Virus record (IMG/VR): IMGVR_UViG_3300023174_000099
Span: 1-64,000 of that record
Strand: one strand, 5' to 3'
Length of the DNA: 64,000 nucleotides
Origin: a virus
Taxonomy: Duplodnaviria; Heunggongvirae; Uroviricota; Caudoviricetes
A model generated the notes under the pieces. It searched no databases. It had not been told where the DNA came from and was given only the letters and a program-made list of their open reading frames with translations. Within the stretch, counting starts at the first letter, position 1; each line of letters begins with the position of its first letter. The position numbers and the translations under genes are program-made. Below, one piece after another: positions 54,143-64,000 of the stretch.

Positions 54143-56372
54143 TGGACGCCTAGAAGAACTAAACGTTGACAAGATCCACACTGTGCTTGAATGGGCTTGT
54201 GAGGGTCTAGACAGCGTTTCGGTGAGTGCTATTGAAATGGCCTCACACATTCAGTTTTATGATGGTATCCAAACTAGGGACATTCATGAAACTATGATTA
54301 AGGCGACAGCAGACCTGATCTCGGAGGAGTCTCCTGATTATCAGTATGTAGCTGGTCGCTTAATCAACTATCAGCTTCGTAAGGAAGTCTATGGGGATTA
54401 TAACCCACCGGAGTTAGTTGATCACCTTCGTAAGGTAGTTGATCTAGGGTTCTATGACCCAACGCTTCTAAAGCGTTATTCCGAAAAGGACTGGAAGATC
54501 CTAGGTGATTATATTGATCACGAGAGGGACAGTAAACTAACATACGCTGCTATGGAGCAGCTACGTGGTAAGTATCTAGTAAAGAATCGTGCCACTGGTG
54601 AGATCTTCGAGACCCCTCAGATGGCTAATATGCTCATTGCAGCTACCCTCTTTGTTAGCTACAAGAAGGAGCGGCTAAAGTGGGTAAAGGAGCTTTATGA
54701 TGCTCTGTCAAACTTTGATCTTAGCTTCCCTACGCCAATCATGGCTGGGGCAAGAACGCCACAGCGTCAGTTCAGCTCGTGCGTGCTTATCGAAGCCGCA
54801 GACAGTTTAGATTCAATCTCTGCAACTGGCTCTGCGATTATGAAGTATGTATCACAGAAGGCTGGTATCGGAATTGGTGCAGGATCTATTCGTGCTCTCA
54901 AGTCTCCAGTTCGTACTGGTGACACGGCACATACGGGTGTTATTCCCTTCTATCGGTTCTTCCAGTCTTCTGTAAAGAGCTGCTCACAGGGTGGCGTTCG
55001 TGGTGGTGCAGCTACCCTTCACTATCCCATGTGGCATCTAGAAGTAGAAGACCTACTAGTTCTCAAGAACAACAAGGGTACTGAGGACAACCGAGTTCGT
55101 CACCTAGACTACTCTGTTCAACTTAATAAGCTAATGTACGAGCGTCTGCTACAAGGTGGAGTAATTACTTTATTCAGTCCTAGTGATGTTCCCGGACTCT
55201 ATGATGCGTTCTTTAGCAGCAATGACGAGTTCCAGAAGCTGTATGAAGAAGCCGAAGCTAATCCTACTATTCGCAAGAAGCAGGTATCAGCACTAGAGCT
55301 ATTCTCTAGCCTGATGCAGGAGCGCAAGGACACTGGCCGTATCTACATCATGAATGTGGATCATGCTAATACACATAGCTCGTTCACAGTTCCTGTTCGA
55401 ATGAGTAATCTGTGCCAAGAGATTACTCTGCCAACCACTCCGATTGATAACCTTTGGGACGATCAGGGCGAGATTGCACTTTGTATTCTAGCCGCGATTA
55501 ACTGGGGTAACATCCAGAAGCCTGAAGACTTTCAGCGTCCCTGCGAACTAGCAGTACGAGCACTCAATGCTCTTATTGACACGCAGGAGTATCGTATTCT
55601 AGCAGCTGAACTAGCCACGCTAAACCGCAGACCACTAGGTATTGGTATCGTTAACTTTGCCTATTGGCTTGCTAAGAACGGCTCGAACTACTCTGATCCT
55701 AATCTGGACTTAGTGCATGAGTACGCAGAGGCTTGGTCTTACTACATGATTAAGGCATCGGCTGATCTAGCCGTAGAGTTTGGAGCTTGTCCAAAGTCTG
55801 ATGAGACTAAGTATGAATACGGTGTTCTACCGATTGATACTTACAAAAAGGCTGTAGACGAACTGGTTGCTCCGAACTACAAGATGGATTGGGACTCGTT
55901 ACGTGACCAGTTGTATGAGAATGGCATCTATAACTCCACTCTTATGGCGCTCATGCCCTCGGAAACATCCTCACAGATTAGCAACTCTACAAACGGTATT
56001 GAACCTCCTCGCAGTCTAGTATCAGTTAAACAGTCTAAAGACGGAGTTCTTAAGCAAGTTGTTCCTGATATTGGCAATGTTCAATACGAACTTCTCTGGG
56101 ATCAAAAGTCTCCAGAAGGTTACATCAAGATTATGGCTGTTCTGCAAAAGTTCATTGACCAGTCTATCTCGACAAATACGTCGTACAATCCGGCATTTTA
56201 TCCAGAAGATAAACTGCCCATGTCTGTTCTTATAAGTCACTTATTAATGACTTACAAGTACGGTTTAAAGACTCTGTACTATTTCAATACGAATGATGGT
56301 GCAGGAGAAGAAGTTAACATGCCATCTACAACAGTTGTAGAGGAAGAGGATTGTGATTCCTGTAAGGTATAA
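54120..56372 (+). CDS. nrdA: Ribonucleotide reductase class Ia alpha subunit
   Basis: N-terminal ATP cone (VTKRDGRLEELNVDKI), catalytic NLCQEI, C-terminal CxxC. Confidence 0.85.
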   Translation: MLKVTKRDGRLEELNVDKIHTVLEWACEGLDSVSVSAIEMASHIQFYDGIQTRDIHETMIKATADLISEESPDYQYVAGRLINYQLRKEVYGDYNPPELVDHLRKVVDLGFYDPTLLKRYSEKDWKILGDYIDHERDSKLTYAAMEQLRGKYLVKNRATGEIFETPQMANMLIAATLFVSYKKERLKWVKELYDALSNFDLSFPTPIMAGARTPQRQFSSCVLIEAADSLDSISATGSAIMKYVSQKAGIGIGAGSIRALKSPVRTGDTAHTGVIPFYRFFQSSVKSCSQGGVRGGAATLHYPMWHLEVEDLLVLKNNKGTEDNRVRHLDYSVQLNKLMYERLLQGGVITLFSPSDVPGLYDAFFSSNDEFQKLYEEAEANPTIRKKQVSALELFSSLMQERKDTGRIYIMNVDHANTHSSFTVPVRMSNLCQEITLPTTPIDNLWDDQGEIALCILAAINWGNIQKPEDFQRPCELAVRALNALIDTQEYRILAAELATLNRRPLGIGIVNFAYWLAKNGSNYSDPNLDLVHEYAEAWSYYMIKASADLAVEFGACPKSDETKYEYGVLPIDTYKKAVDELVAPNYKMDWDSLRDQLYENGIYNSTLMALMPSETSSQISNSTNGIEPPRSLVSVKQSKDGVLKQVVPDIGNVQYELLWDQKSPEGYIKIMAVLQKFIDQSISTNTSYNPAFYPEDKLPMSVLISHLLMTYKYGLKTLYYFNTNDGAGEEVNMPSTTVVEEEDCDSCKV

Positions 56373-56374
56373 AG

Positions 56375-57469
56375 ATGACAGTATTTAACACGGACAATAA
56401 GTCCCACCTAGACAAGACAGCGTTCTTTGACGGACAACTAGATATTGCACGTTATGACGTTATGAAGTATCCACAGTTTGACAAGCTAACAGAAAAGCAG
56501 CTAGGGTTCTTTTGGAGACCCCAAGAGGTTGAACTAGGGAAGGATAGTGGGGACTTTAAGACACTGTCACCTCATGAGAAGCATATCTTCACTAGCAATC
56601 TAAAAAGACAGATTCTACTAGACTCAGTACAGGGTAGGGCGCCATCAGTTGCGCTTCTACCTATCTGTTCACTTCCAGAGCTAGAGAACTGGATTCAAAC
56701 CTGGGCCTTCTTTGAAACGATTCACTCCAAGTCCTACACTTGGATTATCAAGAACGTTTATCCAGATCCTTCTATCGTATTCGATGAGATTATGAATATC
56801 AAGGAGATTGTGGATTGTGCTGGCGATATTAGTAAGTACTATGATGAACTTATTGAACTCAATGAGTTCATGAGTAATCCTAAATACACGCAGTTCAATA
56901 TGCAGGCAGCGCACAAAGAAGCACTCTGGATGTGTCTCAATGCCGTGAATTTCCTAGAGGGTATTCGTTTTTACGTTTCCTTTGCGTGTTCTTGGGCTTT
57001 CGCTGAGCTTAAAAAGATGGAGGGTAATGCCAAGATCATTAAGTTCATTGCTAGAGACGAGAACATTCACTTGGGTTCGACTCAGCAGCTATTGAAGATT
57101 CTTCCAACGGATGATCCTGATTTCGCTGCTATTCGCACTAAGCTTCGTCCGGAAGTTATGGAACTCGTTAAGACTGTAGTAGATCAAGAAAAGGCGTGGG
57201 CCAGCTATCTGTTTAAGGATGGCTCGGTTATTGGACTTAACGAAAAGCTTCTATGCAACTATGTCGAGTGGATTGCCGACAAGCGACTAGTCGCACTAGG
57301 ATACCCGCCAGTATACGGCACAAAGAGTAATCCTCTGCCTTGGACACAAAAGTGGATTGCTGGTTCTGATGTTCAGGTAGCTCCACAAGAGACAGAGATT
57401 ACGTCTTACATTGTGGGCGGAGTGGACAAAGATGTATCAGCAGATATGTTTAAGGAGTTTAAGCTATGA
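56375..57469 (+). CDS. nrdB: Ribonucleotide reductase beta subunit
   Basis: Di-iron ligands EENIH; R2 fold. Confidence 0.8.
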   Translation: MTVFNTDNKSHLDKTAFFDGQLDIARYDVMKYPQFDKLTEKQLGFFWRPQEVELGKDSGDFKTLSPHEKHIFTSNLKRQILLDSVQGRAPSVALLPICSLPELENWIQTWAFFETIHSKSYTWIIKNVYPDPSIVFDEIMNIKEIVDCAGDISKYYDELIELNEFMSNPKYTQFNMQAAHKEALWMCLNAVNFLEGIRFYVSFACSWAFAELKKMEGNAKIIKFIARDENIHLGSTQQLLKILPTDDPDFAAIRTKLRPEVMELVKTVVDQEKAWASYLFKDGSVIGLNEKLLCNYVEWIADKRLVALGYPPVYGTKSNPLPWTQKWIAGSDVQVAPQETEITSYIVGGVDKDVSADMFKEFKL

Positions 57470-57684
57470 ATAAGGTATACTCTAAAGACAACTGTCCTTA
57501 CTGCGTTAAAGCAAAAAATCTACTAAACGCACGTGGTATTGAGTTTACGGAAATTAAAATCGGAGTAGATATTACACGAGATGAGTTTCTGGAGACTTTT
57601 CCAGACGCTCGGACTGTTCCACAGATTATTTTAGGGGGTGAACATGTTGGTGGATACGATATGCTTGCTATAAAATTAGCATAA
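57466..57684 (+). CDS. Glutaredoxin (NrdH/Grx-like)
   Basis: CPYC active site, 72 aa, directly after nrdB. Confidence 0.7.
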   Translation: MNKVYSKDNCPYCVKAKNLLNARGIEFTEIKIGVDITRDEFLETFPDARTVPQIILGGEHVGGYDMLAIKLA

Positions 57685-57689
57685 AAGAA

Positions 57690-57722
57690 GCCCCGCTAGA
57701 TGCTCTAGCGGGGCTATTTTTT
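57690..57722. terminator. Bidirectional rho-independent terminator: ccccgctagatgctctagcgggg flanked by A- and T-runs
   Basis: Hairpin between convergent nrd/grx and tail-fibre genes. Confidence 0.7.
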
Positions 57723-60513
57723 ATTCGGTCGAACCTACACTAATATTTTGAGTTAGATTGTTGGTGGTTAAATTACCACCTGCAATTGTAGGTAATGTAC
57801 GAGTGGTTATTCTGCCCCTCAATAGCATTGATCCAGCCGCTGTGGTATTAGTTACAGTTGTGGACCCCGCTGCTGCATAGTCATAATAATCTGTATAAAT
57901 AGGCTCAGCTTCAGTACCACTAGTTTCAGTGCTTACAGACCTTGTAGTTTCACTAGGCGTTAGAGTAGTTATTGTAGTCCATGTTGAGCCACCATTAGTA
58001 GACTTCTCTAGTATTACAGAAATACTTAGGCTTCCTGTAATACTAACACTAAATCCGTCTCCAGTACCTGATCTATTATAGCTGTATGAAAGCGTAATAG
58101 TTTGTACGTTACCATTAGTGCTATAAGGACCGAGAACTATTTGAGCGTTAGCCGCAGTATCGGTGGTTTGAGCTGAGTTTCTGATAATACCAACAGCAAG
58201 GGTTCCTCCGAAGTAAGCATTGCCTTGGTTAGTTAAGAAGTATATTGCATCGATTGCTGTACACAGGGATGGATCTACAATTCCACCAGTTAACTTAATA
58301 GGACCGTACCACTCAATAAATTGACTAGTACCCGGACCATCTCCAAATGGAACTCCACTTACTTTCATAAAGGAGCCACTTACTACGATCTGTCTTCCAG
58401 AATCCAAATTAATATTATAAGTATTAGCTGTATTTCTAATAGTACCAGCAGTTAAATCCCCTACGTTAGCAGTAATTGAGGATAGTTGAGTAACACTAAT
58501 CTTAGCTGCTGTAACAGCCCCCGCATTAATTTTATTTGCTGTAACAGCATTAGCAGCAATTTGTGTTTCTGATATTTGTCCTGTTAGATCAGTAGTAGGT
58601 ACTGATGCAACCCAATTTGCAGTATCAAAACGATAGAGTTTATCATCTGTCGTCAAAAAGACAATAGAACCTTCAAAGCGTCTTGGGTCTCCTACTCCTG
58701 GAAGGCTTGATACGATTTCATATCCTCCCTTTGTTTTTGCAAGTGAGAATACTTTGTCTACAGTTACACCGGCCCAAGCTCCAGATCCTGTAGCTCTGAT
58801 AGTAAGACTTGCCGTGTCTTCATTAGCATCAAATCCTGCAGAAACTGCATAGACTCTATTTGTATATGTAACTGTTAGAGCCTGAGGATTAGCTACTGTA
58901 CTCAGGGTAAAGTTTGTGCTTATATCTGTGGTGCCACTTAAAATTACGAACGATCCGGTGGCTGGAGTATAAGAAGTAACAACTCCATTAGCATAAGCAA
59001 ATACCGAAACGGATTCTCTAGTTAAGTATCCACTGACTGCAGGGGCTCCATTAGTTCCATTGGTGCCATTAGTTCCGTTAGTACCATTTTGAGCTAGCAC
59101 TCTTGCTGTAGCCCATTCAGTATTTGCAATCGTATCAGTAGCAGTATTGGATACTGCTGTAGCGGTTGTAACATATAAAGGATCAGTTCCAGCAGGAACA
59201 GCCTGAGTCCAGCTACCCAGTGTACCACTTAAAACCCCTGTAGCAAATGTATAGGTTAGTGTAATAGTAGGAAGTGCAGGAGCTGAGGCGGCTCTTTGAT
59301 ACAGAAATACTGTAGCGGAGTTAAGGCCATCAGTCCCATTAGTTCCATTAGTTCCGTTAGTCCCATCAGCCACTAAAGTTACAGGACTAGAGAACTCCGC
59401 AGCAGCAATAGTATCTGTAGCTGTGCTAGCGCTAGCTGTAGCTGCTATAACCCATAATGGATTACCATTTGTAGCTGGAATAGCCTGAGTCCAGCTACCT
59501 GGCGTGCCACCGCTAAGAACGCCTGTAGCAAATGTATAAGTAAAAGTACCTGAAGGTGCTGCAGGTGCTGTAGCAGCTCTCTGATATAGATATACTATAG
59601 CATTATTAGCTCCAGCAGCTCCATTAGCTCCATTAGCTCCATTCTGAGCTAGTACTCTTGCTGTAGCCCATTCAGTTGTTAGAATGGTATCAGTAGCTGT
59701 AGTTGCTGCAGCGGTAGCTGTAGTTACATAGAGCGGATCTGTACCTGCTGGAACTGTTTGAGTCCAGCTCTCAAGTGCTCCGGCTAATACTCCTGTAGCA
59801 AATGTATAAGTGGTAGTTGTACTAGGAACTGTAGGTGTTGTAGCGGATCTTTTATATAGAAATACTGTGGCTGAGTTAAGGCCTGCTGCACCTGCTGCTC
59901 CATCAGCCACTAAAGTTACAGGACTAGAGAACTCCGCAGCAGCAATAGTATCTGTAGCTGTGCTAGCGCTAGCTGTAGCTGCTATAACCCATAATGGGTT
60001 ACCATTTGTAGCTGGAATAGCCTGAGTCCAGCTACCTGGCGTGCCACCGCTAAGAACGCCTGTAGCAAATGTATAAGTAAAAGTACCTGAAGGTGCTGCA
60101 GGTGCTGTAGCAGCTCTCTGATATAGATATACTATAGCATTATTAGCTCCAGCAGCTCCATTAGCTCCATTAGCTCCATTCTGAGCTAATATAACAGGAG
60201 TTGACCATTCTCCAGTAGTGATGGTTACAGTAGGATTATCACTAGCTACTGTTATAATTACTGCGTATAACGGATCACTTCCTGCTGGAATAGTACTTGT
60301 CCATCCATTGCTAACTCCTGTTAGGTTAATACCAGGAGGATCAAATGTATAAGTTGTAGTAGCATTTGGCTTATCACCTGCTGTTAAAGCAGTAGCCGAT
60401 CTACGGTATAAATATATAACCGCAGTATTTAATGCAGAACCCGCGAAAGCAGCGGAACCTTTGGCTCCGCTGCTCTCTGCTGGGTGGAATGTTGAATAGT
60501 AAGTTGTACTCAT
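57721..60513 (-). CDS. Tail fibre protein with collagen-like G-x-N triplet runs and an internal duplicated module of about 96 aa
   Basis: GANGANGAAGAN / GTNGTNGTNGTDG runs; protein segment AIVYLYQRAATAPAAPSGTFTYTF...VTLVADG occurs twice. Confidence 0.65.
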   Translation of the reverse strand: MSTTYYSTFHPAESSGAKGSAAFAGSALNTAVIYLYRRSATALTAGDKPNATTTYTFDPPGINLTGVSNGWTSTIPAGSDPLYAVIITVASDNPTVTITTGEWSTPVILAQNGANGANGAAGANNAIVYLYQRAATAPAAPSGTFTYTFATGVLSGGTPGSWTQAIPATNGNPLWVIAATASASTATDTIAAAEFSSPVTLVADGAAGAAGLNSATVFLYKRSATTPTVPSTTTTYTFATGVLAGALESWTQTVPAGTDPLYVTTATAAATTATDTILTTEWATARVLAQNGANGANGAAGANNAIVYLYQRAATAPAAPSGTFTYTFATGVLSGGTPGSWTQAIPATNGNPLWVIAATASASTATDTIAAAEFSSPVTLVADGTNGTNGTNGTDGLNSATVFLYQRAASAPALPTITLTYTFATGVLSGTLGSWTQAVPAGTDPLYVTTATAVSNTATDTIANTEWATARVLAQNGTNGTNGTNGTNGAPAVSGYLTRESVSVFAYANGVVTSYTPATGSFVILSGTTDISTNFTLSTVANPQALTVTYTNRVYAVSAGFDANEDTASLTIRATGSGAWAGVTVDKVFSLAKTKGGYEIVSSLPGVGDPRRFEGSIVFLTTDDKLYRFDTANWVASVPTTDLTGQISETQIAANAVTANKINAGAVTAAKISVTQLSSITANVGDLTAGTIRNTANTYNINLDSGRQIVVSGSFMKVSGVPFGDGPGTSQFIEWYGPIKLTGGIVDPSLCTAIDAIYFLTNQGNAYFGGTLAVGIIRNSAQTTDTAANAQIVLGPYSTNGNVQTITLSYSYNRSGTGDGFSVSITGSLSISVILEKSTNGGSTWTTITTLTPSETTRSVSTETSGTEAEPIYTDYYDYAAAGSTTVTNTTAAGSMLLRGRITTRTLPTIAGGNLTTNNLTQNISVGSTE
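59373..60190. repeat. Intragenic direct repeat of about 290 bp (two copies, about 59373-59660 and 59903-60190) in the tail fibre gene
   Basis: Near-identical DNA blocks; approximate boundaries. Confidence 0.55.
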
Positions 60514-63500
60514 GTTCTTATCACCTTATGTCTTAGCCAGTAGTATTTTTCTACGGTACCAGATACGTCATTAGCTATAGTGTCCATATAAGATCTAGTA
60601 GGTACAGCTAGCGATGCTAATAGTGTAGCGGTTCTTATCTTAATACTTAAACCAGTTCCATTCGTTATCGTAGCATTAGTACCATTTCTAGTCTCTGATA
60701 ATGTAAAAGTATTATTAGAGGGCGTAGAAGTAACGAAGTATACCTTAGCTTCATCCAATCCATTAGCACTAGACTCAATATAAACTGGCATACCTATTGT
60801 TAAACCATGTGCGTTACTAGTAAGAACATTAGTAGCTATACTAGTTACAGTTATAAATAGCTTCTGTGCCATTCCTCCATATACTTCAGTAAATACGTTC
60901 GGGCTATCTACAATATCAGGATCATTATTCCAGAACAGTTCTACCCCATTAATAAGTTCATCTGCATTATCTGCACTAGTAACAACTAAACCAGTGGGAC
61001 TTCCAGGAACACTTGTTACAGGAGAAGATCCAGCAGTTATATTAGCACTAGAACTGCCACCAGACAGATTACTGGCCCCATAGAAGCTATCATCGTATTC
61101 CTTAGCAACTACATCAACCAGACCGTCGACTTGGTAAGTTAGACTTTCGATTCTAAAACGCTTCCCAGGAGATTCCCAGTTACTTCCGTATCTTGGATAA
61201 ACTACCTGAATAATTGATCCAGCTAGTAGTAGAATACCATGATATCTCATAGTGAAACTGATCGTTAGACCAAATCTACTCTTGTTGAGAAGTCCATCAG
61301 CTAGAATTCGAGTATTATAGTAATTGGTACTTCCAGGAACACTTAGGTTTCCCTTCTTCGGAACATTACGATCAATACGTAGGTACTCGGAGTTAAAGAA
61401 GCTTACATTACGAGCCTCGAATTTATTCGCAGGATCGGCAAATGCGGCTGTTACCGAGTTAAACGCACTTCTCACACCTTCATCTGAAAGCTGAATCTTA
61501 CCGATAATATCGTCCGTAGTTACGATTCTAATAGTATCAGAGGACGAACTTCCAGAAGTGATCGCTACTGGTTCCTCAATATTCAGAAAGTACTGTCCAG
61601 AAGTATAGCGAAGAATCCCGTTATAGTGCTCTAGTAACCCATTTGTATTATCAAACAATGGAACGCTAGTATCAATCTGAAGGTTTGTCTGGTACTTAGT
61701 TACGTAACGTTGTTCATGTCCGTCCCAGCCACAAAGCTTCCAATAATTAATGTCGTCGGAGTCATAGATAGAATATCCTGAGATCTTACGTCCATCTTTT
61801 TCATCGAACACCGGGTTACCCGCAGTTGTAGGTAAAGTTAAAGTAGCTGGTCCAGTTCCTGATACTCTTGTAAGTGTTACTGAAGAGACATAAGTTAGAC
61901 CATTAACACTTCCTGAGGTATGAGTTGGCGCTACAGTTTTAATGCCCGCCGTATCAACAGTATAAACTCTACCTTCATAATATAGAATTGTATCCGCATC
62001 CCAATTCTTCCATGAGTTCCAAAGGTTTGTTAGTTTGCCGATAACATCAGTAAATGTAACTACTCTAGTAGCAAACTTACCAGCAGTATTAGGTGCTAGA
62101 GCAACCTTACCTTGCCATAGAATATTACCAGCAGCAGGATAACGATATACATCAGCTACTACAGATCCCGTAGTACTAGTACCAACAGAAACATCTGATC
62201 TAGTATCGCACTTCTGCGCTGTAGAAATTACGGCTGGTAAATTTACATCTTTACCGATATCTAGTCCTCTTCCGTAAGTCTTGGAAGTAAGGTAATCGGT
62301 AGTTTGAATAGCTGGATTTATGCTTACTCTCTTATCCGCATAACGTGGAGAGATAGTTACAGTATCTCCAGACTTAGGAATAAATGTCCATAGTGTATCA
62401 ATAGTTGCAATTCTAGTGCTGCCCTGATACGCAATAATTTCCGCTGTTTGAACAAAGCTTCTTCCAGTGCTTGAGATAATTCTTACTACTTCAATAGTGT
62501 CACCTACATAAGTGTCATTTGAAGATGAAGCTGCTGCTGGTAGCCTGATAGTATTGGTAGAAGCTAGTAAAGCTCCAGCAGGTACTGTTTGTCCTGTATA
62601 AACAGAAGCTGGATACAATGTAGTTAAGGCTGTTGCAGTAACTGTTCCAGAGAATGCACTCTGAGCAAGTAAAGAACTATCAGTTAGATTGTCCAAGTTC
62701 GCATCAACAACTCTAAAGATAGGACTGTTGTGAGCAGGATCACCTTCTACGGTCATATCCGTATTAGAAGCAAAGCTAAATCCGAGATTTGATCCTACTG
62801 TTGTTGTAGCTAATGTACCTGCTGAGATATTATTTGCTATAGTTCCCGTAAACTCTTTATGATTATATGTAACCATAGTCCAGCGTTGACTGGCTCCATT
62901 CTGCATATAAAACTTTGTAATGGTTGGTACACCATTTACATAGCCTAGTGTTGGAGTAACACTAAAACGGAATCTAGTGTTTGAAGTGCCATCTGGATTA
63001 AAGAATGTCCACTTGTCTATAATCTGCACGTTGGAGTTTATGAGCGCGTCAGTATCAGATCTGTAAAGTGACACTGTAGAACCTAAAGGGAAGTTGGCAG
63101 CATCTTGACCAGCTGTTTTACGATCCTTTAGGTAGCTTCCATCGTAATTATAGCAGTCAATAACTTTACCTCTTACTACCATCTTAAGTTCTGGTAGCGA
63201 GGTATCTCCCTCTGCAATCTTAAACTTTCCAACAACATATGCGGTATCGAGAAGTCTATGGTTTGGTCCCCAATACTCTGTTGTATCAGATCCAGTCCAG
63301 TAATCGTTCTGCACTTTGAATTGCTTGTTTTTAGCAATATCTACAAGTTGCGACGCTGCTTTTTGTCCAGGCTTACCAGAGAAGAAGTCAAGAGTAAATT
63401 GTAGTGGAGAAGACAATGTTAAGCTTTGGCCATCAATAATTCCTGTACCTGGTGTATACTGCTGAGCCGGAGGTAGTTCCGCTGGAATATCATATTGTAT

Positions 63501-63947
63501 GTATCTACCTTCTGAAATATAATTTTCTCTAACAAATAGAGAATCAAACTCTAGTCCAGCAGCAAACATATTTATACTTGCTAGATCATAACGTAATCCA
63601 CTGGATCCACCTAAAACATCCCCACGATCTGAGCGACCTCGACAAAAGATTTCGATTGCTTCTGAGGCATCCGGTGTTCTAGCAACTTCATCCGATCTAG
63701 CATCAAAGTCTGCTTTGTCTGTGCAGATAAGACTTTGTCCATCTACATAAATATCATAGAGTCCTCCGATTTCACCCTCTGAGATAGCCGAAATGGCATA
63801 CACAGTGGAGCTGTCAGTATTAAGTGTATCTGCAAATACTCCGATACCTTCGGTGACTCTTACTCCATAGACAATCGGAATACTCTTGGCGGCCAACTGA
63901 AAATCAAGATCTGTGAATCGGTCTTCTGTTACCGTTTTCTTTGTCAT
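60510..63947 (-). CDS. Large tail fibre / host-recognition protein (1145 aa)
   Basis: Long Ser/Thr/Gly/Asn-rich beta-type protein in the same operon as the collagen-like fibre. Confidence 0.55.
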   Translation of the reverse strand: MTKKTVTEDRFTDLDFQLAAKSIPIVYGVRVTEGIGVFADTLNTDSSTVYAISAISEGEIGGLYDIYVDGQSLICTDKADFDARSDEVARTPDASEAIEIFCRGRSDRGDVLGGSSGLRYDLASINMFAAGLEFDSLFVRENYISEGRYIQYDIPAELPPAQQYTPGTGIIDGQSLTLSSPLQFTLDFFSGKPGQKAASQLVDIAKNKQFKVQNDYWTGSDTTEYWGPNHRLLDTAYVVGKFKIAEGDTSLPELKMVVRGKVIDCYNYDGSYLKDRKTAGQDAANFPLGSTVSLYRSDTDALINSNVQIIDKWTFFNPDGTSNTRFRFSVTPTLGYVNGVPTITKFYMQNGASQRWTMVTYNHKEFTGTIANNISAGTLATTTVGSNLGFSFASNTDMTVEGDPAHNSPIFRVVDANLDNLTDSSLLAQSAFSGTVTATALTTLYPASVYTGQTVPAGALLASTNTIRLPAAASSSNDTYVGDTIEVVRIISSTGRSFVQTAEIIAYQGSTRIATIDTLWTFIPKSGDTVTISPRYADKRVSINPAIQTTDYLTSKTYGRGLDIGKDVNLPAVISTAQKCDTRSDVSVGTSTTGSVVADVYRYPAAGNILWQGKVALAPNTAGKFATRVVTFTDVIGKLTNLWNSWKNWDADTILYYEGRVYTVDTAGIKTVAPTHTSGSVNGLTYVSSVTLTRVSGTGPATLTLPTTAGNPVFDEKDGRKISGYSIYDSDDINYWKLCGWDGHEQRYVTKYQTNLQIDTSVPLFDNTNGLLEHYNGILRYTSGQYFLNIEEPVAITSGSSSSDTIRIVTTDDIIGKIQLSDEGVRSAFNSVTAAFADPANKFEARNVSFFNSEYLRIDRNVPKKGNLSVPGSTNYYNTRILADGLLNKSRFGLTISFTMRYHGILLLAGSIIQVVYPRYGSNWESPGKRFRIESLTYQVDGLVDVVAKEYDDSFYGASNLSGGSSSANITAGSSPVTSVPGSPTGLVVTSADNADELINGVELFWNNDPDIVDSPNVFTEVYGGMAQKLFITVTSIATNVLTSNAHGLTIGMPVYIESSANGLDEAKVYFVTSTPSNNTFTLSETRNGTNATITNGTGLSIKIRTATLLASLAVPTRSYMDTIANDVSGTVEKYYWLRHKVIRT

Positions 63948-64000
63948 CTTAGTTTTAGCTCCGATACCTAGGAAGCCTTTCTTTGACTTAATGTCATCAA

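Noticed and set aside
57721-60513. Diversity-generating retroelement targeting the tail fibre (because of internal repeats)
   Set aside because: Both repeat copies are inside the coding region and identical. No reverse transcriptase gene or external template repeat is in the window.

Overview
This window is a gene-dense, low-GC stretch of a virulent tailed-phage genome (likely marine/aquatic). A contig end or terminal-repeat-like region lies at the left (poly-G run, direct repeats).

Layout: a left 'early' region (1-5.8 kb) carries host sigma70-type promoters in both orientations, promoter-driven noncoding RNA candidates and a strand-switch region full of hairpin repeats. A long plus-strand block of small ORFs runs from 5.8 to 18.6 kb. 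A short minus-strand block (18.7-20.1 kb) encodes a SleB-like cell wall hydrolase, a ribosomal protein bS21 homologue and dUTPase. A second long plus-strand block (20.2-57.7 kb) holds the lysis spanins, nucleotide metabolism genes (ThyX, SpeD, dCMP deaminase-like, thioredoxin, NrdA/NrdB/glutaredoxin), a T7-like replisome (DnaB-like helicase, primase, family A DNA polymerase, SSB), SbcCD, PhoH, an SF2 helicase, a VRR-NUC nuclease, a FEN exonuclease and a 2OG-Fe(II) oxygenase. The right end (57.7-64 kb) is a minus-strand tail fibre module.

Accessory features: about 22 tRNA genes in four arrays (27.0-33.9 kb) are interleaved with four HNH and two GIY-YIG homing endonuclease genes. Five paralogous T5orf172/MUG113 (GIY-YIG-like) domain genes carry Myb/SANT-like HTH or zinc-ribbon N-termini.

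Main observations:
- The NAD-dependent DNA ligase gene is split in two; thioredoxin and a T5orf172 gene sit between the halves.
- The DNA polymerase gene is split by a 333-nt in-frame non-coding insert that cuts through motif B.
- A conserved GGGTAGCTCCCCTG-containing leader precedes four homing endonuclease genes.
- One GIY-YIG gene is interrupted by an in-frame TAA inside a perfect 17-bp inverted repeat.
- A hexapeptide-repeat protein gene contains about 23 tandem 18-bp DNA repeats.
- About 30 promoters share the extended -35 motif AAAWAGTTCTTGACT.
- Tandem identical promoters drive a roughly 600-nt noncoding region.

All calls are from sequence reading and motif recognition only; no database searches were run.
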